Source: a virus. Taken from it: 64,000 bases of DNA. Below the pieces are notes generated by a model that worked only from the letters and a program-made list of their open reading frames with translations, did no database searches and had not been told where the DNA came from. The translations under genes and the position numbers were made by a program. Below, piece after piece: positions 48,107 to 57,392 of the stretch. The stretch lies in the IMG/VR virus record IMGVR_UViG_3300019888_000003, positions 1-64,000 of that record; one strand, 5' to 3'. Each line of letters opens with the position of its first letter. The first letter of the stretch is position 1.

Positions 48107-49012
48107 ATGACCCGTCGTATCGTCACCGCCCGCGAGCAGGTCGAGGCGTGGCAGATCAAGGAGCTGATCCCCTCGGATTTCTTCTGGCTGGAGCCGGAGA
48201 AGCAGGAGGATTGGGAAGGTGACGTCACCTATTCTCCGACCGAGTACGAACGTATCCCTGACCCAGAGCAGGCTAAGAGCAGTCCTCCCTCGGGTAAGTG
48301 GTACCACGTTTCACAGAATCCGATCGACGTAGGGACCCGAATCGTTCCTGCCGGTGGGGAGTCTCCCGACCCCGATTTCTACGACTCCATCGAAGAGGAA
48401 TACGGTCAGCCCTCGAATCGTCAGACATGGGTCTGGATTGCTCAGAATCTCGGAGCGGCGTGTTTCTGGTCCTGGGCGCTCAACTGCCCCTACATCTACA
48501 AGGTGCACCCCAACCCCACTCCTCAGCCGTGGAACTTCGACGGCAGCAACGGGTATGTCTGCGATAGTGCCAAGGTCGAGCAGATGCTCACCAGTTCGGG
48601 TCCGCAAGGCATGGGTATCAAGTGGGACGAGTACGAGGACCACATCAACGCTTCACGAATCGCTGCCGAGCCCGGTGGTCGTCTTCCGTACCAGCCGAGT
48701 GAATTCGGCTACGTGTGGTATCACGACGGCGATGGCTACACCGCTGTGACGCGGGATGGTAAGAGCGACATCACGCTCATCCCCAACGGCAGCCAGATCG
48801 ACTGGGAGGTTTGGGACGACCAGGGTCTGGTGGAGCGGGGCAACTTCTCGGGCATGGTGCAAGACCTGGACGGTATTTTATATCGGGCAGACCACCTTCT
48901 CGCAGAGTTCGACGAGAACCCTGCCATCCCAGCCAAGGGGTTCGGGTACGACAAGGATTATTCGGAGCAATTTCCCAGCTCATTTCCTGCGCTGGACTTC
49001 CGGCAGCCGTAG
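48107..49012 (+). CDS. two-cassette protein with Arr-like ADP-ribosyltransferase domain
   Basis: WYHVS..G.RI.P, WVWIA, YIYKVHP; leader MTRRIVTAREQ; internal SRIAA. Confidence 0.55.
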   Translation: MTRRIVTAREQVEAWQIKELIPSDFFWLEPEKQEDWEGDVTYSPTEYERIPDPEQAKSSPPSGKWYHVSQNPIDVGTRIVPAGGESPDPDFYDSIEEEYGQPSNRQTWVWIAQNLGAACFWSWALNCPYIYKVHPNPTPQPWNFDGSNGYVCDSAKVEQMLTSSGPQGMGIKWDEYEDHINASRIAAEPGGRLPYQPSEFGYVWYHDGDGYTAVTRDGKSDITLIPNGSQIDWEVWDDQGLVERGNFSGMVQDLDGILYRADHLLAEFDENPAIPAKGFGYDKDYSEQFPSSFPALDFRQP

Positions 49013-49191
49013 GACGGTGTTGTTCTTCGTAGTCAAATGGACATGTCGGGTAGCGTTTCATCGGACTCCGACAGGGTCACTCTGGAGATATGCACACCGT
49101 TTTGGATGCTATCGACCCGCGTAACGTGCTCTTCCTGATTGCCGCTCTCGTCTCTCTTCTGCGGGGTGGCTGGTTCATCTAGTCTGAATCG

Positions 49192-49980
49192 ATGACCTTG
49201 CTTCGGCAGAATGCCGAGCTGAAGCGCGATCACGTCTGGCAGTTCAGCCTTCCGGCGTGGGTGACTCGACTTCCTGATGGCCGAACAATCAACGTCTGTC
49301 CGCAGGCTGGAGCCTGTGTCAAGCTCTGTTACGCCCGCAACGGCACGTTCAACTTCCCCGTCGTCAAGGCCAGCCATCAACGCAATTTATTACTGGCCAT
49401 GGACCACCAAGAAGATTTTATTTCTCAGGTGAACACCGAGCTGGAGCACAGGCGCTTCCACGCCAACGGTGTCCCTCGATTGCCGGATCTTTCCCGTAGT
49501 CACCTGAGTCCCTTCACTGCTGCTCTACTCGACAATGGTGCCGCCTGTATTCGTATCCACGATTCAGGAGATTTCTTTTCTGATGACTACCTGGCCGCGT
49601 GGCTGCGTATCGCTCAGCACAATCCCAGTGTGCTGTTCTACGCCTACACCAAAGAGGTCACGCGCTTCCGGCACGTCATCTCTCTGACGAATTACCCTCG
49701 TAACTTTCTGTGGGTCTACAGCCTGGGTGGCAAGGAGGATCATCTGCTCGACCTCGCAGAGGGCGGAGACCGCCACGCCGACGTGTTCCCGAACGAGGCT
49801 GCCATCGTGGAGGCGGGTTACTACAGCCAGGATGCGAACGACTTGCTGTGCGTCCTCGCTCCCTCAACTCGAATCGGTATCCCAACGAACAACATCCCGC
49901 ACTTCAAGAAGCGCCAGGGCGGCATGACTTTCGGACAACTGGAAGCCGAGACGAAACGCCACCGCAGAGCGAACGCCTAG
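49192..49980 (+). CDS. Gp88-like Fe-S protein
   Basis: FSLPA, CPQAGACVKLCYA, RIHDSGDF, FYAYTK. Confidence 0.8.
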   Translation: MTLLRQNAELKRDHVWQFSLPAWVTRLPDGRTINVCPQAGACVKLCYARNGTFNFPVVKASHQRNLLLAMDHQEDFISQVNTELEHRRFHANGVPRLPDLSRSHLSPFTAALLDNGAACIRIHDSGDFFSDDYLAAWLRIAQHNPSVLFYAYTKEVTRFRHVISLTNYPRNFLWVYSLGGKEDHLLDLAEGGDRHADVFPNEAAIVEAGYYSQDANDLLCVLAPSTRIGIPTNNIPHFKKRQGGMTFGQLEAETKRHRRANA

Positions 49981-50167
49981 CCATTGCCAAGTTTCGCCAA
50001 GTTTTGACTTTGCAGACAGGCGGCTTCCACTATTATCGGACTTCGGTCCTGAAGGGGAACCAAGCGCAACCCTCTGGAGTGGACATTCCCAGGGGGTTGC
50101 TGCTGTTGAGGGGGTGTGGGCGAGATAAGGAATGTCCCTCCCACGACCTAAACGACCAGGAGACATC

Positions 50168-50518
50168 ATGACCCTCTATGTGCGCAACGATAGTCACTTC
50201 GTCATCACAGCCAATGCAGTCGGAGCCAAGCGTTTCGAGTTGGCAGCGAACGGCAACTCAGGAGATCGTAAGGTGCTCCCGCTCGCGGTGGCACAGCTTC
50301 CCGCTTTCCAGAGAATCTGGGCTGCCGGAGGCAAGGTTACGGTGTCCCAGAACTCGAACTACTCCAGCCCGGTCACATCGATTCCAGCGGGAGAGATCTC
50401 CGGGGATCAACGCAAGGCAGCAGCACAGGTGGACAGTGTCGCCACGACTGCGGCGGGAATAGTGACCGACTTCAATGCCCTGCTCGCAAAATTGCGAGCG
50501 GCGAACTTGATGTCGTAA
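50168..50518 (+). CDS. head fibre/decoration protein
   Basis: RBS AGGAG; C-terminal AAQVDS.AT..DFNALLAKLRAA motif. Confidence 0.7.
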   Translation: MTLYVRNDSHFVITANAVGAKRFELAANGNSGDRKVLPLAVAQLPAFQRIWAAGGKVTVSQNSNYSSPVTSIPAGEISGDQRKAAAQVDSVATTAAGIVTDFNALLAKLRAANLMS

Positions 50519-50572
50519 CATCGCGGAATCCGTTCTCGGGGTAGTGTTTACCTCAGTTCAGTGCATTCCGCC

Positions 50573-50614
50573 CCGCAGGTCCCTCGATTACCCGCAAGGT
50601 CGAGGGGCCTGCGG
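50573..50614. terminator. strong hairpin between late and early blocks
   Basis: CCGCAGGTCCCTCGA / TCGAGGGGCCTGCGG. Confidence 0.55.
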
Positions 50615-50843
50615 TGGTGTCAGGGCACAATATCTAGGTCGCGATCTTGATGACTGCTACTCTATGTAGTGCCCTTCTTGGTCGGAGAGGCAACGCCCCT
50701 CACCGCGTACCCGCCTTCTCCGGTGAGGGGCATTTCCGTGGCTGGGAGTTGTACCCGCACGAATGCTTATAAGTACTGTGTCGTCCGCAAACCCTTGAAT
50801 TCTTCGATAACAGTTCTGTCACCATTCTTTGGACTCCGAAGTC

Positions 50844-50874
50844 TGTAACATTTTTTATTTCAAACCTATATAGT
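50844..50874 (+). promoter_or_regulatory. putative early promoter, copy 4
   Basis: TGTAAC-N17-TATATAGT. Confidence 0.7.
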
Positions 50875-50924
50875 AGGTACAGAACGTGCTCGCAGAGCAG
50901 CCGCCCACCACGAGGGAGATTCAA

Positions 50925-51242
50925 ATGTCCGTACGTTGCGGCAACAAAATCCACCAGCACTTCGCAGTCGAGCTGGAGGGCATGGCCCACCACCACGATT
51001 CCGTCGCTCAGGTTCGTCTGTGCTACTCCCGCGAGGATGGCATTCGTAGCCACGAGGAGATCGGCCAGCTCGAAGAATGGGCCGCTCAGCAGGCCGGGGA
51101 ACTCTGGGCCGAAAGCGCTTGGCTCCGGCACGCGGAGAACGCGGGCTGGGAAGATGCCGAATTCGACCGTCAAATGGAAGACGCGCGGGGTGTCGTGCAG
51201 TTCGAAGATGCGTATGCCGCCGCTCAGGACGACGTCCGATGA
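50925..51242 (+). CDS. hypothetical early protein
   Basis: RBS GAGGGAG; H.SVAQVRLC motif. Confidence 0.75.
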   Translation: MSVRCGNKIHQHFAVELEGMAHHHDSVAQVRLCYSREDGIRSHEEIGQLEEWAAQQAGELWAESAWLRHAENAGWEDAEFDRQMEDARGVVQFEDAYAAAQDDVR

Positions 51243-51481
51243 TCCTCACCATCACCCACGAGGGAAGCTGGCGCGCGGTCGGCTCGACCGTCACATATGA
51301 CTTTCTCGACATCGGCCCCTACACAGCCGAGGTGTACCTGATTAACGACAACAAGCCCTTCCCCACCTGGAGATGGATAGTCAGGAAGAACGATCAGTAC
51401 CTCGCCAGTGGTGTGGTCACCGACTATTACGGCGCACTCGACGCAGCCGAGACCGCTATCAAGATCGACGCAGGAGTCTGA
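51239..51481 (+). CDS. hypothetical protein
   Basis: ATGA overlap. Confidence 0.7.
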   Translation: MILTITHEGSWRAVGSTVTYDFLDIGPYTAEVYLINDNKPFPTWRWIVRKNDQYLASGVVTDYYGALDAAETAIKIDAGV

Positions 51482-51486
51482 CGAAC

Positions 51487-52161
51487 ATGGGGTATTTCGA
51501 CAAGTACGAGATCGAGGCCTACGGCCACGTGCTGACGGTGACCGGCGTCTACCGGAACATCAATCCTCGGGACAAGCACCACGGCGAGTGGACCGCTTTC
51601 CGCAATACGGACGGCGGCACGACCACCAAAAGCGGTTTCAAGACCGAAGAGGCGGCTCGAAGGCACGTCATCGCGGGACTGCTCAGCGCGGACGAGTTCT
51701 GGTGGGAGAAGTACCGCTGGCGGCTCAACGGCGACAAGTCGACGGGACCGCGTGGGGGCGGTCTGAGCGCGGCACAGCAGGAGATTGTGGGAGCGCTCAA
51801 CGGCTCCATTCACGATCACGAACGCACCCCTCACCCCCAGCGTGACGTGCTCCGCATCGGCGGGCGGCACTACGTGCCCCGCGTGATCGACAAGGAGCCT
51901 TCCGGCCCCAAGAGCTGCCGGGGGTTCGGCGGTACGGTGTTTCGCTGGCGGTGGCTGGACGAGTCGGAGGACACGGTGCACGTCAGCGGGGACGTCTTCA
52001 CCCAGGGCAACATCCCCGAGAAGTTCCGTCACATCCTGCCCGACAACGCGGTGCTGCTGCCGTGGAGCCAGTTCGAGCGCGTGCAACAGGTGGCTCGCGC
52101 AGGTCTGGAGCAGATGGCTCAGGGCAAGCCCTTCGACCCCGATGACGAAAGAGCGTTCTGA
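51487..52161 (+). CDS. hypothetical protein
   Basis: RBS AGGAG; RGFGG..QGNIPEKFR..LPDNA. Confidence 0.75.
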   Translation: MGYFDKYEIEAYGHVLTVTGVYRNINPRDKHHGEWTAFRNTDGGTTTKSGFKTEEAARRHVIAGLLSADEFWWEKYRWRLNGDKSTGPRGGGLSAAQQEIVGALNGSIHDHERTPHPQRDVLRIGGRHYVPRVIDKEPSGPKSCRGFGGTVFRWRWLDESEDTVHVSGDVFTQGNIPEKFRHILPDNAVLLPWSQFERVQQVARAGLEQMAQGKPFDPDDERAF

Positions 52162-52400
52162 TGCAACACGAGGCGCAGGCCGGAGACCTCCAGCCCGGTG
52201 ATCGGATCGTCGGATTCAGTCGGATGGGCAAGTGGAAGAAAGTCGACTTCTCCATCGCGAAGATCGAGGGGGACCGCGACAAGATGTTAGTCATCACTGG
52301 AGCGGGAACGTCGTTTCAGTGTCTACACCTGTTGTGCACTGTTCCAGTGCGCTACGAACGGAAGAATGTGAACACCACGAACCCTGAGGAGGGCTCATGA
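52161..52400 (+). CDS. small hypothetical protein
   Basis: TGATG overlap; DLQPGDRI. Confidence 0.65.
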   Translation: MQHEAQAGDLQPGDRIVGFSRMGKWKKVDFSIAKIEGDRDKMLVITGAGTSFQCLHLLCTVPVRYERKNVNTTNPEEGS

Positions 52401-52708
52401 TCGCACGGCTGAGTACCAAGTACACGAACGAGGACGTCGAGTTCGTTTTCGGGCGGTACGCAGACGGCTCCACTGCCATTCAGGCGTTCTCCGAGTACGG
52501 GGAGCCGATAGCGAAGGCGACTGTCTGCCTGGCGGCTCAGAACGAGCTGCCACTACCCGGCAACGTGTTCATCAAGGACTGGGAGGAGAACGAGGGGGTG
52601 TTGGAGTCGCTGGTGTCCTCGGGCATCGTGTCGAGTCCGATTCGGGAGATCGCCGTGGGGCCATACGGCTGCACTGCTTACGAGTGCAAGGTACTTCGGG
52701 ACAAGTGA
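52397..52708 (+). CDS. DUF4313-like hypothetical protein
   Basis: GRYADG..AKATV..VFIKDWEENEGV. Confidence 0.75.
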   Translation: MIARLSTKYTNEDVEFVFGRYADGSTAIQAFSEYGEPIAKATVCLAAQNELPLPGNVFIKDWEENEGVLESLVSSGIVSSPIREIAVGPYGCTAYECKVLRDK

Positions 52709-52851
52709 TGAAAATCCATGTGATAGACGAAGAGTCGGGCAACGGTCGCACCTACGAGATTCCGAACGACACCGAGGAGATCACGATCTATGTGACCGGC
52801 CACGGAACATCAGACTTTGATTTCGGTCCACCGCAGAAGTATTCGCGATGA
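52708..52851 (+). CDS. 47-aa hypothetical protein
   Basis: read by hand; coupled overlaps at both ends. Confidence 0.6.
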   Translation: MKIHVIDEESGNGRTYEIPNDTEEITIYVTGHGTSDFDFGPPQKYSR

Positions 52852-53060
52852 AGGTATGGGCAGTGATTCAACACGATGCTGGGTGTGACGACCCCGATTC
52901 GCACGCCGGGGACGACGGGGTGCGGGTGGTGGAGTTGTTCGCCACCGAACAGACCGCAGCGCAGTGGGTGAATGCGCATCGAGACTCATGGCTCGGCGAC
53001 AGCTACCACGTGCGTGAGATGTCGATACACGACAGCCTCAAGATCGCGCGGCAGTACTGA
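52848..53060 (+). CDS. hypothetical protein
   Basis: ATGA overlap. Confidence 0.7.
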   Translation: MKVWAVIQHDAGCDDPDSHAGDDGVRVVELFATEQTAAQWVNAHRDSWLGDSYHVREMSIHDSLKIARQY

Positions 53061-53548
53061 TGAACTACGGAGTACGGCGCGGGTGGAGTCGGCAGACCGT
53101 TCCTGCGCCGTATTTCGATCTGTCTACCTGGACCCTGGTGCTTTACGACTCCGAGGTGCGGGGCGATCCGGCGACACCGATCATGGACTGGATCATGCCG
53201 CCCTACGGCAGGGACCCCTACGACTCCGCCGAGGTGCTGGCGGTACTCAATGCGACGTGCTATCACCTGAACCGCTACCCCTTGCAGGCCCCGTTCATAC
53301 GGCACGAGGACGCTTGGGAGTGGCTGAATTGTCGGTGTGAGTTCCCCGGATACTTTGCCAACGGCGAGGACGTGCTCATGGTGCACTGTCCACTGTGTCG
53401 GGTGGTATCGGGCAGCGTCTGCACCGTCATGCGCTCGGTGACCCAGGACGGTCTCGCCATCACCTACAAGATGAGCCCGCATACCGAACGAGTGCTGTGG
53501 TATCGGGGGCAGCACAACAGAGGCCTGCTCAATCCACCGAATTTCTGA
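53060..53548 (+). CDS. hypothetical protein with C-terminal zinc finger
   Basis: CPLC...C...H.ER. Confidence 0.65.
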   Translation: MNYGVRRGWSRQTVPAPYFDLSTWTLVLYDSEVRGDPATPIMDWIMPPYGRDPYDSAEVLAVLNATCYHLNRYPLQAPFIRHEDAWEWLNCRCEFPGYFANGEDVLMVHCPLCRVVSGSVCTVMRSVTQDGLAITYKMSPHTERVLWYRGQHNRGLLNPPNF

Positions 53549-53611
53549 TGAGAAAAGGAGTGGCACTACACAACTGCACGACACAGTTTCATTCGACCAA
53601 GGAGTTCAGCA

Positions 53612-53905
53612 ATGGGAACCAATCCTGATTACCCGAAAGACCGAGTGATCCTGCCCAACGATATGTACTTGCTGCTGTACAGACATCGGCCTCTGATCAA
53701 GATCGCATCGAAGTCGCACCGCGTTCTGATCGAGTCGATGCACGGCCAGGACAGGTGGGACAATCCGCGTGGTAGCGATGTCATTTTGCGCTGCGAGGAG
53801 ATCGGTCGGAACAACAGCGATGGCTATGTTCCGACGCCGAATCGCGAACACCCCGACGACTGGGTGTGCGTACGCCGGTCGGAGCTGATGCTGCTGCGCC
53901 GCTAG
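53612..53905 (+). CDS. hypothetical protein
   Basis: RBS AAGGAG. Confidence 0.65.
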   Translation: MGTNPDYPKDRVILPNDMYLLLYRHRPLIKIASKSHRVLIESMHGQDRWDNPRGSDVILRCEEIGRNNSDGYVPTPNREHPDDWVCVRRSELMLLRR

Positions 53906-53956
53906 GACCCATGGCGCTCCGAAGTTGAGTAGATAGCTTCGGGGCGTCATCCCGGC

Positions 53957-53988
53957 GGTAACATTTTTTATATTTGGATGTATATAGT
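53957..53988 (+). promoter_or_regulatory. putative early promoter, copy 5
   Basis: GGTAAC-N18-TATATAGT. Confidence 0.7.
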
Positions 53989-54038
53989 AGGTAGAGAGGC
54001 TCACACGGAGCCACAGGCGCAGCCCACGGAGGCCCATC

Positions 54039-55307
54039 ATGTCGGAGATTCCCGCCCAGTTCCTAGCCACACCAGCAGAAGTCGAAGACACCAGCTTCCT
54101 GGTGCACGCCCACAAACTGGCCATCTTCGTAGAGAAGATCGACAAGGCCAACCGGCGCTTGGAGCGCAACGGCCTCGACGGTCGTTTCGCCGCCGTTCAG
54201 GTTGGGGAGAAGACGGCCACGCGCGGCAACGGCATCGTGGATCACTGGTACCGCTTCGAGCTGGAGCGCCCGGAGTTCAACGCCATTGCGGACTGGAAGT
54301 TCGTTGCTACAGTGAAGTTCGAGGAGGGTGGCACGCTGCTCCAGGTCATTCCCGGCGAGACGTTGCACGGCGCGGTGGATCGCGAGGCACTCGATTCGCA
54401 CTGGTGCGATCACTGCCACACCGCTCGCAACCGCAATCGTAGCTACCTGGTTCGCAATACCGAGACCGGAGAGATCAAGCAGATCGGGAGCACGTGCCTG
54501 GAGCTGTTCTTCGGGGTGGAGATCAAGGGCCTCTGGGCGCTGGAATGGACGATGGAGGACTTTTCCGAGGGCGATGACGAGAGCTGGGGTAGCGACAGCT
54601 TCTATCGAGTGCCGTTCACCTACAACGTGCGGTTCGTTCTCGCGCTCGCTCACGTCTTGACCAACGGCGGACAGGGATTCATCAGCCGGGGTGTGGCACG
54701 CGACGATGAGCGCAAGACGGCCACTGCTGACGAGGTACTTCACAACATCCATTTCCGTCCGCGCTCCTGGCGTGACGCCGACGAGGCTGCTCGGGTTGAG
54801 AAGAACATGGCTGCTGCCGCCGCACTGGTCGACACGGACGTCGTAGACTCCGTCCTGGCGGCGGCGGGGACGTTGTCGGAAGGCGATTACAAGGACAACA
54901 TGACGGTCGCGGTGCGTAGCGAAAGCATCACCGGAGCGGCACTGGGTGTCCTGGTCAGCCTGATCACGGTGTGGCACCGCAACAACGAGAAGGCAGCCAA
55001 CGCCGAGCGGGAGGCCAAGGCCACCGACAAGCTCAACGAGTTCGTCGGGGCGAAGAAGGAGCGCCTGCGCGATCTCGCGCTCGTCGTTACTCGGGTGCAT
55101 AGCTGGGAAGGCGACTTCGGGACCACGACGCTGCTGGCCATGGAGGATGCTCAGGGCCGCTCGTTCAAATGGTTCGCATCCAAGTGGCTCCCGATCGAGG
55201 CGGGCGACACACTGAAGCTGACCGGAACAGTCAAGGAGCACTCGGTCTACCAGGGCCGCAAGGAGACAGTTCTCACGCGCTGCACGCTGAACGTAGCTAC
55301 AGCCTGA
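54039..55307 (+). CDS. conserved phage protein with CDHC zinc motif and C-terminal OB fold
   Basis: CDHC..R.R..QIGSTC; KWFAS..GTVKEH..Y.G..TVLTR. Confidence 0.75.
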   Translation: MSEIPAQFLATPAEVEDTSFLVHAHKLAIFVEKIDKANRRLERNGLDGRFAAVQVGEKTATRGNGIVDHWYRFELERPEFNAIADWKFVATVKFEEGGTLLQVIPGETLHGAVDREALDSHWCDHCHTARNRNRSYLVRNTETGEIKQIGSTCLELFFGVEIKGLWALEWTMEDFSEGDDESWGSDSFYRVPFTYNVRFVLALAHVLTNGGQGFISRGVARDDERKTATADEVLHNIHFRPRSWRDADEAARVEKNMAAAAALVDTDVVDSVLAAAGTLSEGDYKDNMTVAVRSESITGAALGVLVSLITVWHRNNEKAANAEREAKATDKLNEFVGAKKERLRDLALVVTRVHSWEGDFGTTTLLAMEDAQGRSFKWFASKWLPIEAGDTLKLTGTVKEHSVYQGRKETVLTRCTLNVATA

Positions 55308-55456
55308 TTCTCGCCCCAGGTGCCGGAGCACGGCGTTACCCTAAGACAGACGAAACGCCCCGCTGATACGGGGCGCTCGCCAATGCGTTAGTAGTTTGCC
55401 GAACCTCTACGCGCCTCTGATCTTATCAGCGGTCGGAGTGCGAGGAAGTAATAATC

Positions 55457-56284
55457 GTGATCACTCCGATCTGCCGAGTGGTGGGATCTACCGCCGCTTG
55501 TGTCTTCAACGAACTCCAGTCGTATGCATCGCTACCTGACGGTGCCAGGCCCTCTATCGGGAGGGTGGCAACAGCGCTCGGGTGTTCTCGTTCCACGGTG
55601 CAGCGTTCGATACGCCGCCTAGTGGATGCTGGCTACTTGACGGTTGAGAATCGCTACGCCACAGAGATGGGTCAACTCCCCTCTCGCTACGGGTTCCCCA
55701 GCTCAGACCCCCAGGTCATCACTGCTACCCCCGTAGCGCATCTATGCCCTACCCCCGTAGCAGAAATGCGCTACGAAACAACTACAACTACTAGTAATAA
55801 TAATTCTTTAGGTATTGTGGCGAAGCCGAAAATGACGACGAAGCGTGAGCTAGGGGAGAGAACAGGAACGAAGACGGGGATGGCAGTGCTTGGGCGAGAG
55901 AAGAAATTCGGTCCTGGACACTCTGACCCTGAGAAAAGAGCGAAGGCTGACCGCATCGTCGCTGTGTTCAAGAGACACCGGGAGAGTAAGAACTGCACGA
56001 TGCCTGGCACGCTGATCGGGTGGAGAAAGACCGCGTTAATTTTTCTCCAGGAGGGAAGGGGCTGCGACGAGGTGCTTCGGGTGCTGAAATACATACTCGC
56101 AGACGAGTTCTGGGAGCCTCAGATAAAAGATTTGTTTCACTTGCATGATCGTTACGACCAGTTTCGGCTGATGGCGGAGCGGGATCTCGGTACACCTGTG
56201 CATCGTGCTGGTTCGGCAGACGCTGACGTTCAGATACCTGATGGACACGACGTGATGGCGAGGATGCGCTCGGCGGCGAGCTGA
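55457..56284 (+). CDS. replication-initiator-like HTH protein
   Basis: RPSIGRVATALGCSRSTVQRSIRRL..GYL winged HTH; C-terminal DEFW..I..L..RYDQ. Confidence 0.7.
   Translation: MITPICRVVGSTAACVFNELQSYASLPDGARPSIGRVATALGCSRSTVQRSIRRLVDAGYLTVENRYATEMGQLPSRYGFPSSDPQVITATPVAHLCPTPVAEMRYETTTTTSNNNSLGIVAKPKMTTKRELGERTGTKTGMAVLGREKKFGPGHSDPEKRAKADRIVAVFKRHRESKNCTMPGTLIGWRKTALIFLQEGRGCDEVLRVLKYILADEFWEPQIKDLFHLHDRYDQFRLMAERDLGTPVHRAGSADADVQIPDGHDVMARMRSAAS
55725..55810. repeat. iteron-like repeats plus AT-rich tract
   Basis: CTACCCCCGTAGC twice (55725, 55749), inverted CGTAGCGCAT/ATGCGCTACG, then AT-rich run. Confidence 0.6.
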
Positions 56285-56486
56285 GAATAAAAAATCTCCT
56301 TCGGAATTCTGTCTTGGCCTCTGCCTGCGCAAACGAGGTTCTGGGTTATACCCCTACGAGTAGGCTAGGGAGTTGGACGACAGCAAGAAGGTGAACGTGA
56401 GCATTAAATCCACAGCTGTGAAAATAATTCTCATCACCGCCGCGCTGACCGCACTGAACCGATACCGACGAAAGATGGTGACAGAC

Positions 56487-57290
56487 ATGGGTGTTGTAGC
56501 CGATGCTCTCAACGCTGCCAATGCGCAGCTGGTCAAGATCAAGGGAGAGTTCATCGCCAAGATCGACGACCTCGAAGCTCAGCTTTCTGCCAAGGTCTCC
56601 CTTGATGCTTCGGACACGCAGGCGTTGGCCGACCTCAAGACCGGCCTCGACGACCTGGACAACGTCATCCCCGACGCCGTCACGGTCCCGCTTCCCGATC
56701 CGGCCACTCCGCCGACCGACCCGGTCACCGACCCGGCAGTCATCGACCCGGCTGCTCCCATCGACACGTCCGGTGGCACCGTCGTGACCACCGACCCGGT
56801 CACAGTGGTAGTCGATCCCACGACTGCTCCGGTAGAGGCGAGCACGCTGCCCGCCGACACCACGGTGGTCGAAGTTCCTGCCGACGTCGAGACTCCGGTC
56901 GTGGTTCCGGTGGACGCCACTCCGGTTGCGGCGGGCGAGGTTGCTCCCGACGCCACTGTCGTTCCGGTGGTCGTTGCTCCGGTGGAGGTCACCCCGACCG
57001 ACACCACAGCGGCTCCCGTAGCTGCGGGCGATCTTCCGGCTGACACCAACGTGGTCGAGGTTCCGGCACCGAGCGATCCTGCTGCTCCGGTGGAGGTTCC
57101 CGCCGACGCGGTGCCGGTGACGGCAGGCACACTGGACGCCTCCGCCACAGTCATCCCCGTCGACGTGGCAGTGGCAGCGGATGCCAGTGTCGCCGCAGAC
57201 GGTGCGCCGCTCACTCCCGCAGAAGCCATCGCGGCGGGTGTGCCGATTCCGGACCCCAACCAGTCGGTACCGCCTTCGGCAACCGGCTAG
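56487..57290 (+). CDS. coiled-coil protein with long P/V/D/A/T low-complexity tail
   Basis: heptad N-terminus; repeated LPADT.VVEVPA. Confidence 0.7.
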   Translation: MGVVADALNAANAQLVKIKGEFIAKIDDLEAQLSAKVSLDASDTQALADLKTGLDDLDNVIPDAVTVPLPDPATPPTDPVTDPAVIDPAAPIDTSGGTVVTTDPVTVVVDPTTAPVEASTLPADTTVVEVPADVETPVVVPVDATPVAAGEVAPDATVVPVVVAPVEVTPTDTTAAPVAAGDLPADTNVVEVPAPSDPAAPVEVPADAVPVTAGTLDASATVIPVDVAVAADASVAADGAPLTPAEAIAAGVPIPDPNQSVPPSATG

Positions 57291-57298
57291 GAAAACCA

Positions 57299-57325
57299 CC
57301 CCGGCTCTTCGGGCAACGCCGGGGC
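57299..57325 (+). terminator. putative terminator hairpin
   Basis: CCCCGGC...GCCGGGG after the stop codon. Confidence 0.45.
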
Positions 57326-57392
57326 CACCGACAGGACAGTCATCCTCTTTCGCCTTCGCGGAATGGCTGTCCTGTTGTTGTGTGAGCGGGTC

